Below are positions 26,641 to 37,767 of a stretch of DNA of 64,000 bases, piece after piece (the first letter of the stretch is position 1; each line of letters opens with the position of its first letter). The DNA is taken from positions 1,922,001 to 1,986,000 of the forward strand of contig JAUFOQ010000004.1 in assembly GCA_040285855.1 (NCBI GenBank). Reading direction: 5' to 3'. Origin of the DNA: Eukaryota sp. GEM-RC1 (Eukaryota). Both the position numbers and the translations under genes were made by a program. Under the pieces are notes generated by a model, which saw nothing but the letters and a program-made list of their open reading frames with translations, ran no database searches and was not told the DNA's origin.

Positions 26641-27305
26641 GTACGGTGGTACGGTTTGCTTTCCGTAAAAAAGAGTTTCTCGTAAAATACCCGAACTATC
26701 TACGGTAAAGCATTTCCTTAAAATATGTTTTTTCCCGTAAACAATGCCAAGACGATGCGTACCAAAAACTTCTTCTCGACGCTGGAAGACCCGCTACCTC
26801 TAAATAATGTACCATAATGTAGTTTCTCCTGACTGCTACAAGTGTAAGTACTGTCAACCCATTGTTGTCACTTGGATTAAGAAGGGTAAGGGATACACCG
26901 ATCTTCTGTATCATGCAAAAACTGATCATTTTAATGACTATCAAAGTTTTGAATCTTCATAACATCTAAAAAAATATTGTTCAATATAATGTTCTAATTC
27001 TTGCCAAAACGTAAATACTAGTAAGAGGATTGTGGTGTTAGAAATAAAAATCCAATAAAGCTACGAAATTGCAAAAACAAACCAATTATACTAAGACAGA
27101 AATAAATATGATTTTTACTATGGTTTTCACTCCAAATAAACAACTAGTTTGATAACAATTCGTTTTACGGTTCCGTATTCCAATTATTTACCGAAAAAAA
27201 TGTTGTTGCCGTAAAATATTACTTTCCGGAAAATACGGGAATTATTTACGGACTTGTCTGAAAAGTTACCGTATGTACTGTTCTATATTTTGACGATCAC
27301 TGATT
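26641..27305. repeat. CCGTA/TACGG-rich interspersed repeat, probably a decayed non-autonomous DNA transposon
   Basis: CCGTAAA/TTTACGG motifs cluster at both ends; 27215-27305 recurs inverted at about 46870-46955. Confidence 0.5.
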
Positions 27306-28072
27306 TGATATCACCGTTTGAATTTTCCTCTGTTTTAATGTACAAATATAATAAATCAATTACGAGGAAGTTGTACTGTTAACCCACAATTTTCCGTGTC
27401 CACTGTTTCAAAAGTATTATTTTGATATTGATTTGTCCCCTTCATCTATTAACAATACTTGGAACTACTGTAATTCAATACACAGCTTCAGTCAATGTAG
27501 TACTATGTGTAGATAAAACTTCACGATTCACCAATTTTGATCAATTGAGCAGTTTTGCGAGTCCAAGTTTACCCATTCACCAGATTGTAACGAGTTTAAG
27601 ATTTTTGAAACTTCTACAAAAATGAACTATTAACATGGTACTAACGTAATCTTCTTTCATAAAACAGAAGTCATCGATAACCCTTCAGAAATGCATTCCC
27701 TTCAGGCACTTCAGATTTTCAACAGTCTTTTGTTTAGAAAAGAAGAACCTTTTTATATTCAACACTATGAAAACTAATTAAGAAATGTTCAGCTTACACC
27801 CCAGATTGTAAGTCTAGGATTACCTTTTAACGTCTCTTTCAAAGCTTCAACACCTTTAGCTCCATAGAGTTGTGAAACAGATTAACACTTGACTTTCAAA
27901 AAAAATTTCTTGATTGATCAAAATGGAGGGATCCTTGGTTGTCCTCTCAAGAAACAATAATGGACTTTAATACGGGTGGTGCTTGTAACACTACTTCTTT
28001 TAACAAAATTTTTGACGAAAATTATTCTTTTCTTGAAACTGTTAAAAGAAAAAATAAGACGTTTATGGTGAA

Positions 28073-29416
28073 TTAATTACCAAAGGTTTTGTCCCTCAGA
28101 TTAACACTTGTAACAGAAGTATTAACTGTCAACGCATCTGCCAAAGCTCTGGCACCTTCATCACCGATAGAGTTATTCCTCAAATTAACACTTGTAACCG
28201 AAGCATTAACTTTCAACGCCTCTGCCAAAACTCTGGCACCTTCATCTCCAATAGAGTTAGACTGAAGACCAACACTTGTAACTGAAGTATTAACTATTAA
28301 CGCCTCTGTCATAGCTCTGGCACCTTCATCTCCAATAGAGTTGTAACCCAGATTAACGCTTGTAACTGAAGTATTAACTATTAACGCCTCTGCCATAGCT
28401 CTGGCACCTTCATCTCCAATAGAGTTGTAACCCAGATTAAGGCTTGTAATAGAAGCATTAACTTTCAACGCCTCTGCCAAAGCTCTGGCACCTTCATCTC
28501 CAATAGAGTTGTAACCCAGATTAACACTTGTAACTGTAGTATTTACTATTAACGCCTCTGCTAAAGCTCTGGCACCATCATCTCCAATAGAGTTGAGCGT
28601 CAGATCAACACCGGTTACTGAAGAATTAACTTTCAACGCCTCTGCCAAAGCTCTAGCACCGTCATCTCTCAGAAAGTTGTTACACAGATTAACACTTGTA
28701 ACAGAAGCATTAACTTTCAATGCCTCTGCCAAAGCTCTAGCACCTTCAGCTCCAATAGCGCTATCCAACAGATCAATACTTATAACTGTAGTATTGGTTT
28801 TCAACGCTTCAATCAATAACATAGAAACAGAGGTGAGTTGCCTCGCCACTGATACTTCGAGTTGCTTAAGACGTGGAAATAAAGAAGAAGAATTGTTTAG
28901 AAACTCAAAATCAGAGGGTTCCCTTAGTGCGATTCTCAATCCTGTAATTATACCAGAATAATTAAGAAATTTCTCTATTTCTAAGGTTCCGTCAGTATAC
29001 AAGAAAACAGATTGTAGATCTGCTCCAAAGAAAGAAGCAAGTGAAATTAGTTTGGGGAAGTCTTTGAGATCAGAACGAATGGTGTGAACTTCAAAATACA
29101 CTTTAACAGCTTGTAACGAAGAATCAAGGAAGTGATTACTTACATGACCAACTTGTCCAAAGAATGCAGGTAGAACAGTTTTAAGAACAGTGAGATGGTG
29201 CTGAGGTTGATCATGAGTATTTTTAAGAGCCCGCTTGAGAAAACGTCTCAGCAAGTTAAGATGAATCAGAATCACCAATGTCTGCTGAACACGGACACGT
29301 TTAGATGGAGAATCTGTGGTTGAGGACAATGTAGACAGCTCGTCACAGTTAGACTTCACGGAGGAGATACTGGAAGGGGAACTCCTTTGCAAAGGTTCAG
29401 AGGGAGGTGTGAGCAT
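28073..29416 (-). CDS. NLRC3/ribonuclease-inhibitor-type LRR protein
   Basis: About nine 28-aa repeats (VTSVNL..NSIGDEGARALAEALKVN) after a lineage-specific N-terminal domain shared with 44590-45588 (SS.LFPRLKQL.V). No NACHT domain seen. Confidence 0.9.
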   Translation of the reverse strand: MLTPPSEPLQRSSPSSISSVKSNCDELSTLSSTTDSPSKRVRVQQTLVILIHLNLLRRFLKRALKNTHDQPQHHLTVLKTVLPAFFGQVGHVSNHFLDSSLQAVKVYFEVHTIRSDLKDFPKLISLASFFGADLQSVFLYTDGTLEIEKFLNYSGIITGLRIALREPSDFEFLNNSSSLFPRLKQLEVSVARQLTSVSMLLIEALKTNTTVISIDLLDSAIGAEGARALAEALKVNASVTSVNLCNNFLRDDGARALAEALKVNSSVTGVDLTLNSIGDDGARALAEALIVNTTVTSVNLGYNSIGDEGARALAEALKVNASITSLNLGYNSIGDEGARAMAEALIVNTSVTSVNLGYNSIGDEGARAMTEALIVNTSVTSVGLQSNSIGDEGARVLAEALKVNASVTSVNLRNNSIGDEGARALADALTVNTSVTSVNLRDKTFGN

Positions 29417-32116
29417 TGATGGATCAAGAAATGAAAACTTCCTTCATCCTCTAACACTTACTAGTAGTCAGTTCCTACTCCCTGCCATCCCCAACTTGGT
29501 ATTGATCCAAGGACCATCCGATCTCTCCAGTCACTAGAAGAGCGGTGTTGGCAGTGAATCTATTTCTTCCATCATGAATCATTCTCGCAGACATCCTGAT
29601 ACTTGTCATCAAATCGACGTGTTGTTGTGATCAATGTACATGCTAGTGTATGACATTGACTGACTTCTTTGTACTGGACTATCCTTTCTGATGACGTGTC
29701 ACTTCATTGAATATCTAAATAATCTATCGTTTTTCCATACCTTTAATATCACTGAATTTCCATCATTTTGCTATTTCTAATCACAGAACGTTTGGATTCT
29801 CAAACAATAGTTTTTCACGGCTTTCGGCAAAATGTGGAAATAGTATGGAAAGAATTTTAATGAAAGTTATTGGAGGAAGGTTTACTCTTTAATGCATTGT
29901 TTAGGTGTTTTGATTAGATTTTAAACCGCCTCCTAGAAATGAGACATTTGATTGATGGTATTCTGTATTTGTAAGTGTAGGTAAAAGGCGTTTCTTATTA
30001 GTTGTAACAATTTTGTCTTTTTTACTAGAACCACAAAAATAACTGAATTAATTTAGTTAAGTAAACCGTCATGATGATTTTGAAACACACATTTATGCCA
30101 TCAATATTTGCCAAACAATACAAAGATTAAATCCATTTATTAAACAAAAAAATAGTCTACACAATAAAGGCTACTATGACAGTTGGAAATACAGTCTGGG
30201 AAAATGCATCAATGTGATAATAGTTGGGGAAGTTGTGTAACAAGATTATTGTGTAACAACATGCAGTTGTGAATTTAGGTTGTCTCATTATAAATCATAT
30301 TATCCTTTCCCCTTGTTATTTCTACCCATTTAGGTAACATTTAGGGCAGACATCATACTACAAATATAGAAGCTGTGGCTGGTTAATCTGCTTATAAGAT
30401 ATAGATGTAGGTAAACAGGCTCATATTAGGATATCTAGCAAAGATATCTGCGACCTCTACTTAAAAGTTAGGTTCAGCTTGTTTCCATCAGTTGTCTCCC
30501 CTTCATCCGTCGCTCGAAGCTGCCAGCGGGCTTAAACCAGTACTGTTGATGGCTTCAATGCCCAAGAACATATGTCGATTGAGAGCTCGTATTACTATTC
30601 TCCCATGGTTTTTTTGAGACAACTCGGAGCTATTCGGTCAGAATGACATTCTTGGTCACTTCAATGTAGAGCTTGTACACTCGTTTGAGTGGGTATGGCT
30701 GTGTCGTACCCTATACTCGTAGACTACTAGTAGACTTATAGTTTATTTTCGTAGTTTAAAGATTTGAGTGGAAAAGCAAAACATTGTAGAAACTACCAAC
30801 TCACAACTCCAACTCAATTCATCATTTGAATCTAGTATCGACACAACAAATGTATTGGTCAATGACAACACATTAAAGTACTTCTCCCTTCATTCAAATC
30901 AAAGCTCAAAATTTTGGTCATTATTGAATTTAAGTCTTTTAACAAAATAAGTTTCAATTTCATATTTGGTAGACTGTTTGATGTTGTATCACTTTGGTTT
31001 TAGTGTAGTGGTACAATATCGTGGACAATTGTTAGAACCTTTGCTTCTGTCTGCATGGAAATACTATGAGTACTGTTCAAGTTGTTTTCAAAGGCTCTCT
31101 GAAGACAAAGTGAATTTGGTATTCTGTAGTGTCCTCATGTTCCGCATTTTTCGTTAATAGCTTCAAACAAGGCATATTCGAATTTCGTCTGTGAGTATTT
31201 CAAGACAATAGATTTGGTCTCAATTTGGGCATTGTAGTAAGTTTCGTTTTTTTTCAGTTTTGGCCCGTGTATGTTAAACATTAAATCAGAATTGTTGGTA
31301 CTTATATTTTTACCACTGATATTATTATCATCATCCACAACAAAATCTTTCATACTAGATGAAGTTTTGTCGTCTTCATCAGTTTCATCATCTCCACCAT
31401 CACTCCCAGACACAACAGCTTCATTATCGAACAATTCTAAAACTGACACAGAAGTGGTACAGTATTCCAATTTTGAATACTTGGAACATTTTATTCCAAC
31501 GCATCTTCCAGAAATTTCGTCACTGGCTGGACCAAGAGCATTAACAGTTTCTGGACTTATACACCAACACTAAAAATTATATTTCACGACAATTCATCAA
31601 AAGTCTTCATCACAGAAGGAAGAAGGTAGAAACCTTACAGAAGGTAGAAACCAGTTTCTATCGCAAACTTGATACGAACTAGGGAAGATTGTTTTGGAAG
31701 ATATTGTGCACTTTATTAATTCTTGAACACAGTATTTAACTTTCAAAGGAGACGAAATACCAGATATTTTAAGTGTATGGTAAGAATCCTGATGAAAATG
31801 AAGTTGATCTTTGTGAGTTTTATTCTAATAGTCCCAATGTTGCTCATGAAAAAACTCACATTGTCAAGAAGAAGAGTCTTAAAGCAGCTAATGCTACTAC
31901 CAAAGAAGCTACTCCAGAACATCTGACAAAGTCCTCTCGAAACTCTCCCGCCGAATCAATCAAATTCAATCAGCCCTAGGATCACTTCAAAGAATTTGTG
32001 TCAACAGATGTGGAAAGCAAAAGCCTATCTCAGGTATCGATATTGGAAAGAATTTGCACAGTTTTACAATGGTTAGACACAAAGTCTAAAAAACATAACT
32101 TCACTGTACATAACTA

Positions 32117-32301
32117 CACTGGTCACAACAATTAGTCTCAGTGAGACTAATTCCTAACCTACTTTCAAAATGGTCTGTTCATAAATTAGTCTCACTGAGA
32201 CTAATTTTCATCTGACGAAAGGCCCAAAAGGGAGAAAACATAAATTAGTCTCACCTAGACGGAGACTAATTTTCCACTGAGACTATATATTGTGACTAGT
32301 G
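32117..32301. mobile_element. 185-bp TA-flanked MITE with internal palindromic repeats
   Basis: Ends TA|CACTGGTCACAA and TTGTGACTAGTG|TA; several AATTAGTCTCA(G/C)TGAGACTAATT palindromes; partial copy at 46956-46987. Confidence 0.85.
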
Positions 32302-33570
32302 TAAGTAGTGTTGAAATGAGATACTAGTAAGTAGCGGAAGACAAAACGTAGCCAACTAGTACCATATCACATAGTCACAGTTTCATTTAAGTATATTTTT
32401 GCGAATGAATTCACTACTACTAATAGTAGCAGCAAAAGACAAATTCTTCCTTCATGTCAAAACACATCCTTCACTTATCATATCTGTTACATCTCCTTAA
32501 TGCGGATAGATTGTGCTCAGATCGAAAAGGTGAAAGGTGCTGTTTTCGAGATGATTTCCATAGTCCTTACTGTTACATTGAGTGTCCTACATGCGTACGT
32601 GTGTCTACAATAGCTAATCCTAGATGGTACGATACCAAAAGAAACTTTTGCGTACGAATATTGCCTGTTGCTGAAGATCTTCCCGTGAACAGTTCCTACG
32701 TCTCTTTATGTTACAGTTCTCGCTCTTCGTCCCAATCGTTCTACGAAATTTGGGTTCGGAAGGTTTCGATTGTTTCATTTGGCGTTATGGGCTACTTTCA
32801 CACCCAATTTTAGACAAAAGTGAGCCAAGTCAAGCTTTGCATCGTATTGTAGTGCTCGCTCTTCAGATCTGTTTTCCTTTGTGCGGAAAAACACGACTTG
32901 AAGATGTGGACTACAATGTGTTATATTGTAGGCTATGCCCATTACTCTGTCTTTCACTCTTTCTTTTAGATATACTTCCTCATTTATCAACTATTTGTTG
33001 TCGCTGAAGTAACCATGCCAAGCTGAAAGTTGTTGCTGAAATGAAACTTAAACGATACTGTTTGCCGACATGTTTTGGGTTGAACGAACGGGCCTTGATT
33101 CATTTCCTTTCCACACTCAGCACATGAAAGAATACCTTGAGAATTTGATGGAAATGGTTTCACTTTAACAACGACAGAATTCCTTAAACACCTGCTTGGA
33201 CAATCGTTGAACTTCGACTGACATCGAACGTACATTAGATGCCCACCGCTATGTTGTACAATGACATCTTTCCATGTCATCAAACATGTACAAGCATGAT
33301 ACATCAGCCGTTCACCTATGTAACTCACTACATACATTGGTACTTCTTCATGAGGATCTTCATTCAAGGATGTCGTTTCTTGAAGTGACCGCTGTATCAT
33401 CACATCCAACGCATCTTCTTCGGAGTAAGAGACATAGTAGTCACTCAACAATTCATCTTGTGATTCGAGATCATAGGAATCAAGGATAGCATTAGAATCA
33501 TAAGAGACGATCCTTCGGGATCTAAAAATACAACGAGGAACGGTTGGAGAAAAAAGTTGTTCCTCATGCT

Positions 33571-34232
33571 CAGGGGTTGGAAATTTTGCATTGACAATAT
33601 ATTGGATTGTTCTTTTGCGAAATCAATACAATTAAATTGCTTGATTGGGATACCAATACAATACTATTGTTCATATTGTATTGGAAATTATTGGAGAAGT
33701 CATTTGATCGTTTTCAAAAAGTTATATAAAAAAATATGTTATTGTACTGTATTTAGATGTAAACACAATACTTTATACTCTAAATAAACAGAACAATTCT
33801 TACTCATCACTATTCCCTTCTTCATCTTCTGGACACCATTGTTCTCCACACATTTCACTGACCATCGAAAAGATCCCAGAGTTCGTTACTGTAGTGGCCA
33901 CACTTCAGTGTATTCAGACACCAGGCTATTGGGAGCATCCTCTACGATGGTTTCTTCCATCAGCATTGGTGCGGACAAGCTCGTGCTCAAGTCCAAGATA
34001 TTTGAAAAATAGCAGAGACAACTCCTTGTTTGAGCGGTCTGCCATAGATTGACAATGTGAGAGTAGTGAGAAGAGTGAAGTGACCTTATTCTCTTCTAAA
34101 ACCAATATGAAATCAATACTGGCAATATATTGCAATACGACAATAAACAGCAATATGGAACAATACAATACAACACAGGGCTTACGCTACCAATTGCATA
34201 TTGTATTGTCAGTGCAATATTTCCAACCCCTG
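33571..34232. mobile_element. 662-bp non-autonomous hAT element
   Basis: TIR CAGGGGTTGGAAAT(T/A)TTGCA(T/C)TGACAATA; exact 8-bp TSD CTCATGCT at 33563-33570 and 34233-34240; CAATA subterminal repeats. Confidence 0.92.
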
Positions 34233-34331
34233 CTCATGCTGATAAGCACAGTCAATGCGGTATCTAGTCATGAAAAATAGGATATATGTTTTTATCGAAC
34301 ACTCAATAAAATCTTGATCTAGGGTACAAAC

Positions 34332-35187
34332 CAGGGGTTTGAAACATGGCATGGACCCATACCCATATTTCCCCATAATGGCCATGTCATAAGTATGGAA
34401 CGTCAAAATTAATTATGCCTATCCGTCCCACATCATGGCCATATGTGAAGGTCCACAGTTTCCAGATTGCAATTAACCAACTTAAGTGGAAACAGCAGTA
34501 ATAAATACATTTATACAGTGGATTTTTGTGTTCGGTAAAACATATGAAACAATTTTTTTTGACAAAAACTGTTCAATAAATATTATTCTGTTGAGTGAAA
34601 ATACCGGTATTATTGTTCTAGTAATTGTCTTGACGCCCCATGCAATCTCCCTCTTAAAAGATGGCTAAATTACAGAGTCTTGACGTTTGAGAGGCCCATT
34701 TCTCCAACCTTCCTCGTTCAGACGACAGATACTCTATCCGTAATACAATGCAGAACTCGGATCTTTACCAGTGTTACTTCTCCACCCTTAGAAGTCAACA
34801 ACAGGGCAAAGGTATTGTCAATCATTGGAGCCGTATTTATACTCTCTAACTACGAAGAGTTGATCACAAAGAACGGAACTCAACTCGACCACTAAACACC
34901 ATTTTGCATATTGATAAGTCAAAAGGTATCGTAGGGTGGTTCAAGCTAATTATGACTACCGGCCGGATGTTTTCTTTCTGTGAGGATGATATGATCCAAC
35001 ATTAGGTGGGATTCCTTGTTATTTTGTATCGAAAATAAAACTGTATTGTTGTTGTTGTTGTTGTTGTTGTTGTTATGGGGTCCATAATGGCCATAAGTAT
35101 GGGAAGCGTAATTGATTATGGCCATTATAGCGGCAAATGATTTGGACACAATCCATAATATGGCCCATGCCATATTTCAAACATTTG
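34332..35187. mobile_element. Probable older hAT-like element with CCAT/ATGG subterminal repeats
   Basis: Left CAGGGGTTTGAAACATGGCATGG versus reverse complement of the right end CAAATGTTTGAAATATGGCATGG; no TSD found. Confidence 0.6.
35046..35074. repeat. (TTG)9 microsatellite
   Basis: Direct reading; it follows an AATAAAA signal. Confidence 0.9.
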
Positions 35188-35224
35188 ATTGATGACTCAC
35201 TAAAATCCAGATCTAGGGTACAAG

Positions 35225-36003
35225 TAGGGTTGTTAAAATGAGCCGAGTCAAGCCGAGTCAAGCCTACAATTTGAAGCTTGACTTGACTCATGAGTCAACC
35301 AAGCCTGACTCGAGCTGACTCACGGACAAAGATACAGGCTTGACTCGACTCATGAGTCAAACGAGCCTAACTCGAGCTGACTCATGTTGACTGCCTTTGA
35401 CTTGACTCGACTCATGAGTCAAACGAGCCTAACACGAACTGACTCATTTTGAATGCTGTTTTCTATTGTACTTTATAACATAACACAAATCCTACTGTTT
35501 TCTACTGATCTGAATTTACTATAGTTATTCCGTATCACGAGTGTAAACACAATAAACACATTGCAGTATTGCACATAGTCTAGCCCTTTTCTTTGTTACA
35601 ATTTGGTTTGTAGTAGAGAACAAACGTTCAATTGCTGCTGAACTTGGCTGAATGCTTAAGTAGTCGTGAAAGAAGCTAGGATAATCTGATTGGTAGCGTT
35701 TCCACCAATCTAGGGGATCCACCGCAGCATCAACTATGCCTATTGATAAGTAAACTCTCAGCTCATCCCGCACATTAACAAGCAAATGAATTTATACAGA
35801 GAACAGCTACTAATTCCATGTACACGTGATTGTAATAGAATACGTTTAAATTGTACTAAATTATATTTATTAGAGTAAACTTGAGTAGATCCTACTCAAA
35901 GACAGAAACATAGGCTTGACTCGACTCATGAGTCAAACGAGCCTGACTCGAGCTGACTGACTCAAAGCTCAGTGAGTCAACTTGACTCAAAATTACAATC
36001 CTA
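35225..36003 (-). mobile_element. 779-bp internally deleted hAT element retaining the transposase C-terminal dimerization domain
   Basis: TIRs TAGGGTTGT/TAGGATTGT; 8-bp TSD GGTACAAG at 35217-35224 and 36004-36011; GACTC/GAGTC subterminal arrays. ORF 35525-35785 reads DPLDWWK...YP...DYLSIQPSSAAIERLFS.......R.RL. Confidence 0.93.
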
Positions 36004-36915
36004 GGTACAAGTCATTTGTACTGTCCACTTGCAACTTCTTTATACCAACATGATCACATACTTCCAACTTTCTATTGATATATGTCACATTCCTTTACAA
36101 CACACATCTTGCTTTAAAGTATGTAACGTCTTCCGAATTGATTTATTGAACGCTGGTAGTTTGACGATATTGACAGTTATACACACGCCCTTGGAGTTCC
36201 ACAACGCCGAATGTGTGCTTGTCTATAGATCCCTTTGCAACCGCTATTTTCGGTACTTCCAACTATGTACTCCCTAGTTTCTGGGCTGATATGGTAATTC
36301 TCTAAGTTATGAAGCTTGTCTGCAACGTTTCATCTTTTCCTTTCCGATATGTCTTTGAAGTCATAAGAAAGTGTGTTTGCTGTGTGATTGATGGATCCCT
36401 GACAACTTACGTCTAACTGCTCAATTCTAGCATATACTATTGTTGTGTGACACCATCCAGAAGAAATTTCCAGCATTTGCTCTTCTTGAATTCCTCTGAA
36501 GCGAAGGGGACTATCATTGCGGGATGTTTTATTACTTGTAGACCTCACGTATAATAGCTATCGATGGTGAAGTGTATCTAAAACCTTTGAGACAACGGAA
36601 ACAACTAGTGAAGTTCTTCTTCTCTCCAACAGTGATCTTGAATGACGCGTTTCGGGCAGTTGTGATGTGGCAATGGCAAGCTTTCCCTTGAGGTACTAAT
36701 ACATATTAGTCTAGTACTCTTTTCTTTTTTTATTAAAATGAACATAACTTGAACTATTGCATAAAGAGAGAATCATTTCAGAATATTGTATGAATGTCTT
36801 TATTTATTGAAATAACATCAGCTGCAACGAAACTAATCCAAGAAATGATGGAAATCTTATTGAACGAATTAAGTGTTTGCGTTTAATTGTGGCCAACTTA
36901 ACAAGGATCATGGTA

Positions 36916-37689
36916 CACCGCTGACCTTAATTAATGTCACTTCCAAGTTAATGTCAGTGACATTAATTTAGGTTTGAGCAATTCTGGAAAATAACTGACA
37001 TTAATTTGGAACATCTCCAGTATATGATTTGATGAACTCTAAGTCTCCATTTTTCTTAATACTAAAGCTAAAATACAGTACAACTACAAGTAAACATTGT
37101 TGGGAATGAGAAAAGACATTTGAAAATACTGGTAGTTGCCCTGAAGGTCGGATCAGTATATAGTTACTCTTACCTTCAACTTCGAATCGTTTTTATCCTC
37201 TTCTTATGAGTTCTTCCAAATAATGACTAAGTCAATGAGCATATTGGATACACTGTACACTGTAGAATTTTAGAGATGAGTAATAAGATAATTTTTGTGT
37301 GTTATAGGATGGAGTCTGGCGGTCAAGATTCCTGTCAGTTGATGCTGCTGATAGGTACTGAAAGTCAAGAAGAGAAGATTTATAACAACGGCAATTCTAC
37401 TAATACATCAATAACACGGTTTTCGACTGGTTGATATACAGTTTTGATTTATCAATTCGAATGAATCATATCTCCTTACGATGTATATCCAGGTTCGATA
37501 ACTGAACTACAGTGAACAGGAAGAACATTCAATTGTACCATGAGATTGGAAACTATAAAGAGTACTTTGATTACTGATGTTTTCTTTATAAGTTGCTCGT
37601 CGACAACAGATTTGATTCTACAAAATCTAGTGACATTATTTTGGAACTTTCTGAAATAATGTGAGTGACATTAATTAAGGTCAGTGGTG
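36916..37689. mobile_element. 774-bp TA-flanked non-autonomous Tc1/mariner-superfamily-like element
   Basis: 26-bp TIR CACC(G/A)CTGACCTTAATTAATGTCACT with one mismatch; TA on both sides; internal TGACATTA repeats. Confidence 0.88.
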
Positions 37690-37767
37690 TAGTTCAGAGA
37701 GAACTCAAACTAATTTTGATGGAAGTGAGTGAAGATTGAAAAACACTAAGACCCCTCATGCTCTTTA

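Noticed and set aside
32117..32301. CACTA/En-Spm classification or a structured ncRNA
   Set aside because: Only one end reads CACTA and the flanks are TA dinucleotides; the palindromes are MITE internal repeats.
35225..36003. CRISPR-like array from repeated GACTCGACTCATGAGTCAAACGAGCC units
   Set aside because: No unique spacers or cas genes; the units lie inside hAT TIRs with a TSD.
26508..36717. 17-bp match ACATATTAGTCTAGTAC at about 26508 and 36701 as a Helitron 3' end
   Set aside because: No subterminal hairpin or 5' end identified.
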